Shown here: positions 58,640-60,284 of the stretch, piece after piece
Layout of the letters: the number at the start of each line of letters is the position of its first letter
Numbering within the stretch: the stretch's first letter is position 1
Assembly (NCBI RefSeq): GCF_000315625.1
Contig: NW_005434644.1
Coordinates: 642,434-702,717 of the forward strand
Source of the DNA: Guillardia theta CCMP2712
Taxonomy: Eukaryota > Protista > Cryptophyta
DNA length: 60,284 nt
Direction: 5' to 3'
Notes under the pieces: model-generated
Databases searched by the model: none
What the model saw: only the letters and a program-made list of their open reading frames with translations
Told to the model about the DNA's origin: nothing
Translations under genes and position numbers: made by a program

Positions 58640-60284
58640 TTAGCGCTTCCCTGTACCTCTCCCAGGAGCCTCACATCGTGCGACAGAGCAACAGAGGCAG
58701 CGACGGAGTTTCAGAGGCTCCGGCAGAGCACCGAAGACGCTGAGAAGCTCTTCTCCATCAAGGAAGCAACATGTAAGACCGACGCCTGCAGTCTGCGAGG
58801 TTGCTGAGCAAGGGCCAGGGCGAGGGAGGCTGCAGGCGCTGGAGGAGCAGCGGGAACAGGCGCAATGCCAGATGCGGGAGCTGAAGCAGGAGGTGAGGGG
58901 CCTGTGCTCCTGACAAGACTCTGGTGACTGTGGAAAAAGATGGAGTTCAGGCTGAGGGCGAGCGTGGAGAAGCATGAGGAGGTCGTCTATCGGATCAACA
59001 TGGAGAGGAGCAGGCTGGAGTCAGAGTTGCAGTCCGCGGCCTCCGAGGCTGAGAGGATGAAAGCTGACCTGGAGGAGAAGGACCTTCAGATCAGGGCGAT
59101 GGGGAGGACCCTCCAGGACGCAGGTGCTGTGCATTGCGGAGGTGGCTCGTGCGTTGAGACGTGGGGCCCTCGCAGCAAGGGAAGCGAGGCTCTCTGCTCA
59201 GAACATCGAGCTGCTCCAGGTGCGACGGCTCCCTGTTCTCCTCCTGCTGTGCGAGCGGGATGCAGGCGAGCAAGCGGGAGCACGCCAAGGAGAAGCAGGA
59301 CTGGGCGCAGGAGAGGGCGAGGCTGATGGCGGAGATTAAGAGCAAGGAGATCTCTGCCAAGGAGGTCGCTGAACCCCCTGTTCCTCCTCCTGCTGCACGG
59401 GTCAAGGCTGACGCGCTCGTGGGGCAGGCGGAGCTGCAGCACGTGTCAGAGAAGAACAGCTTGAAGAAGGCGAGGAAGAGCCTCTGGCGCTGCCGCTGAC
59501 AGGAACCTGAGCAGGCGCAGGCGGACATGCAGAAAGAGATGGAACATCTGCAGTCGCAGGTGGGACTGACCCGCCGCCTCCTCCCGTCCCGTCCTTCCCC
59601 TCCCTCCATCCCCCTCCCTCTCCCCTCCCCTCCCTTCCCCTCTTCTCCTCCCCCCTCCCGGCTCTGATCGCGTTGCTCCTCCTGCAGCTGCACCAGAAGA
59701 GCGTCAAGGTGTCCGAGCAGCACAACATCATCGAAGAGTACAGGAAGTGAGGAGGCTGCGGTTGTTTGTCCCTCCTCCTCACCCGTCGCAGGGCGGAGTC
59801 GTCGTGGATGGTCGAGAAAGCTACCCTGCAGCAGACGGAAGTCTCCCTCCGAAACCGTCTGGCTGAGGTGGAGGACGAGCAAGAATCGACGCTGCTCCCT
59901 CATGTGGCTACCAGGTGGAGCGCCGGTATGGCCTGCAGCTCCAAGCGCAGGCGAAGAGTGTCGAGCAAGCGAGGGTGAGAGGGGAAGGAGGAGAGAGGAA
60001 GGAATGGAGAGCAGGGGGGGGAGGGGGTTGGCAGGGGGTGCGAAGAGTTGGGATGTAGGGAGAGAAAGAATTGTGTTGGGGAGAGGGAGATTGAAGGCCT
60101 TCGCTTTCTTGGCCTCTGACGAATTTCAGGACGCGCTGAGTGCAACGGAGACGTCGCTGAATGCCAAGTAAGAGGAAATTAATGCCAGCATCCAGCATCC
60201 TCCTCTTCCTCTTCATCCCTCGTCCTCCTCCTCCTCCTCCTCCTCCTACCTCCGTTCCCTCCCTCCCCTCCCCCCCCTCCAACC
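58640..60284 (+). CDS. Coiled-coil protein (partial, runs off the window end)
   Basis: Successive short exons of E/K/Q/R heptad sequence (ERSRLESELQSAASEAERMKADLEEKDLQI; AKEKQDWAQERARLMAEIKSKE). The 5' end is obscured by the gap at 58470-58569. Confidence 0.7.

Overview
This is gene-dense, intron-rich eukaryotic nuclear DNA. Short GT-AG introns (often 40-80 nt), CT/GA microsatellites and several signal-plus-transit-like presequences suggest an alga with a complex plastid, probably cryptophyte-like; that assignment is inference. Most ORFs in the supplied track are exon fragments or antisense shadows, so genes were reconstructed by hand-splicing and gene boundaries are approximate. About 20 genes are supported: the 3' part of a multi-domain voltage-gated cation channel, a LON N-terminal-domain protein, an SGNH hydrolase, long-form tRNase Z, RPL24, a NAT/NCS2 purine permease, an FKBP, a C2+PDZ protein, seipin, fructosamine-3-kinase, a tandem RanBP2-zinc-finger/FG nucleoporin-like gene, a SET-domain protein, a beta-propeller glycosidase-like protein and several unknowns. 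Two signals stand out. (1) A ~1841-aa, apparently secretory-pathway protein that is extremely rich in Arg/Lys/Trp/Tyr and built from five ~325-aa repeats of no family I recognise (11149-16893, - strand). (2) A gene split across ORF fragments whose spliced N-terminus matches the TPP1/ACD-Tpz1-Est3 telomerase-recruiting OB fold (22739-24722, - strand). Other notable items are strand-oriented GGGGT-rich tracts upstream of many genes, a ~1-kb CCGG-palindrome-rich non-coding island, and very tight convergent gene pairs. No tRNA, rRNA, CRISPR array or transposase was found. Seven N-gaps are present.
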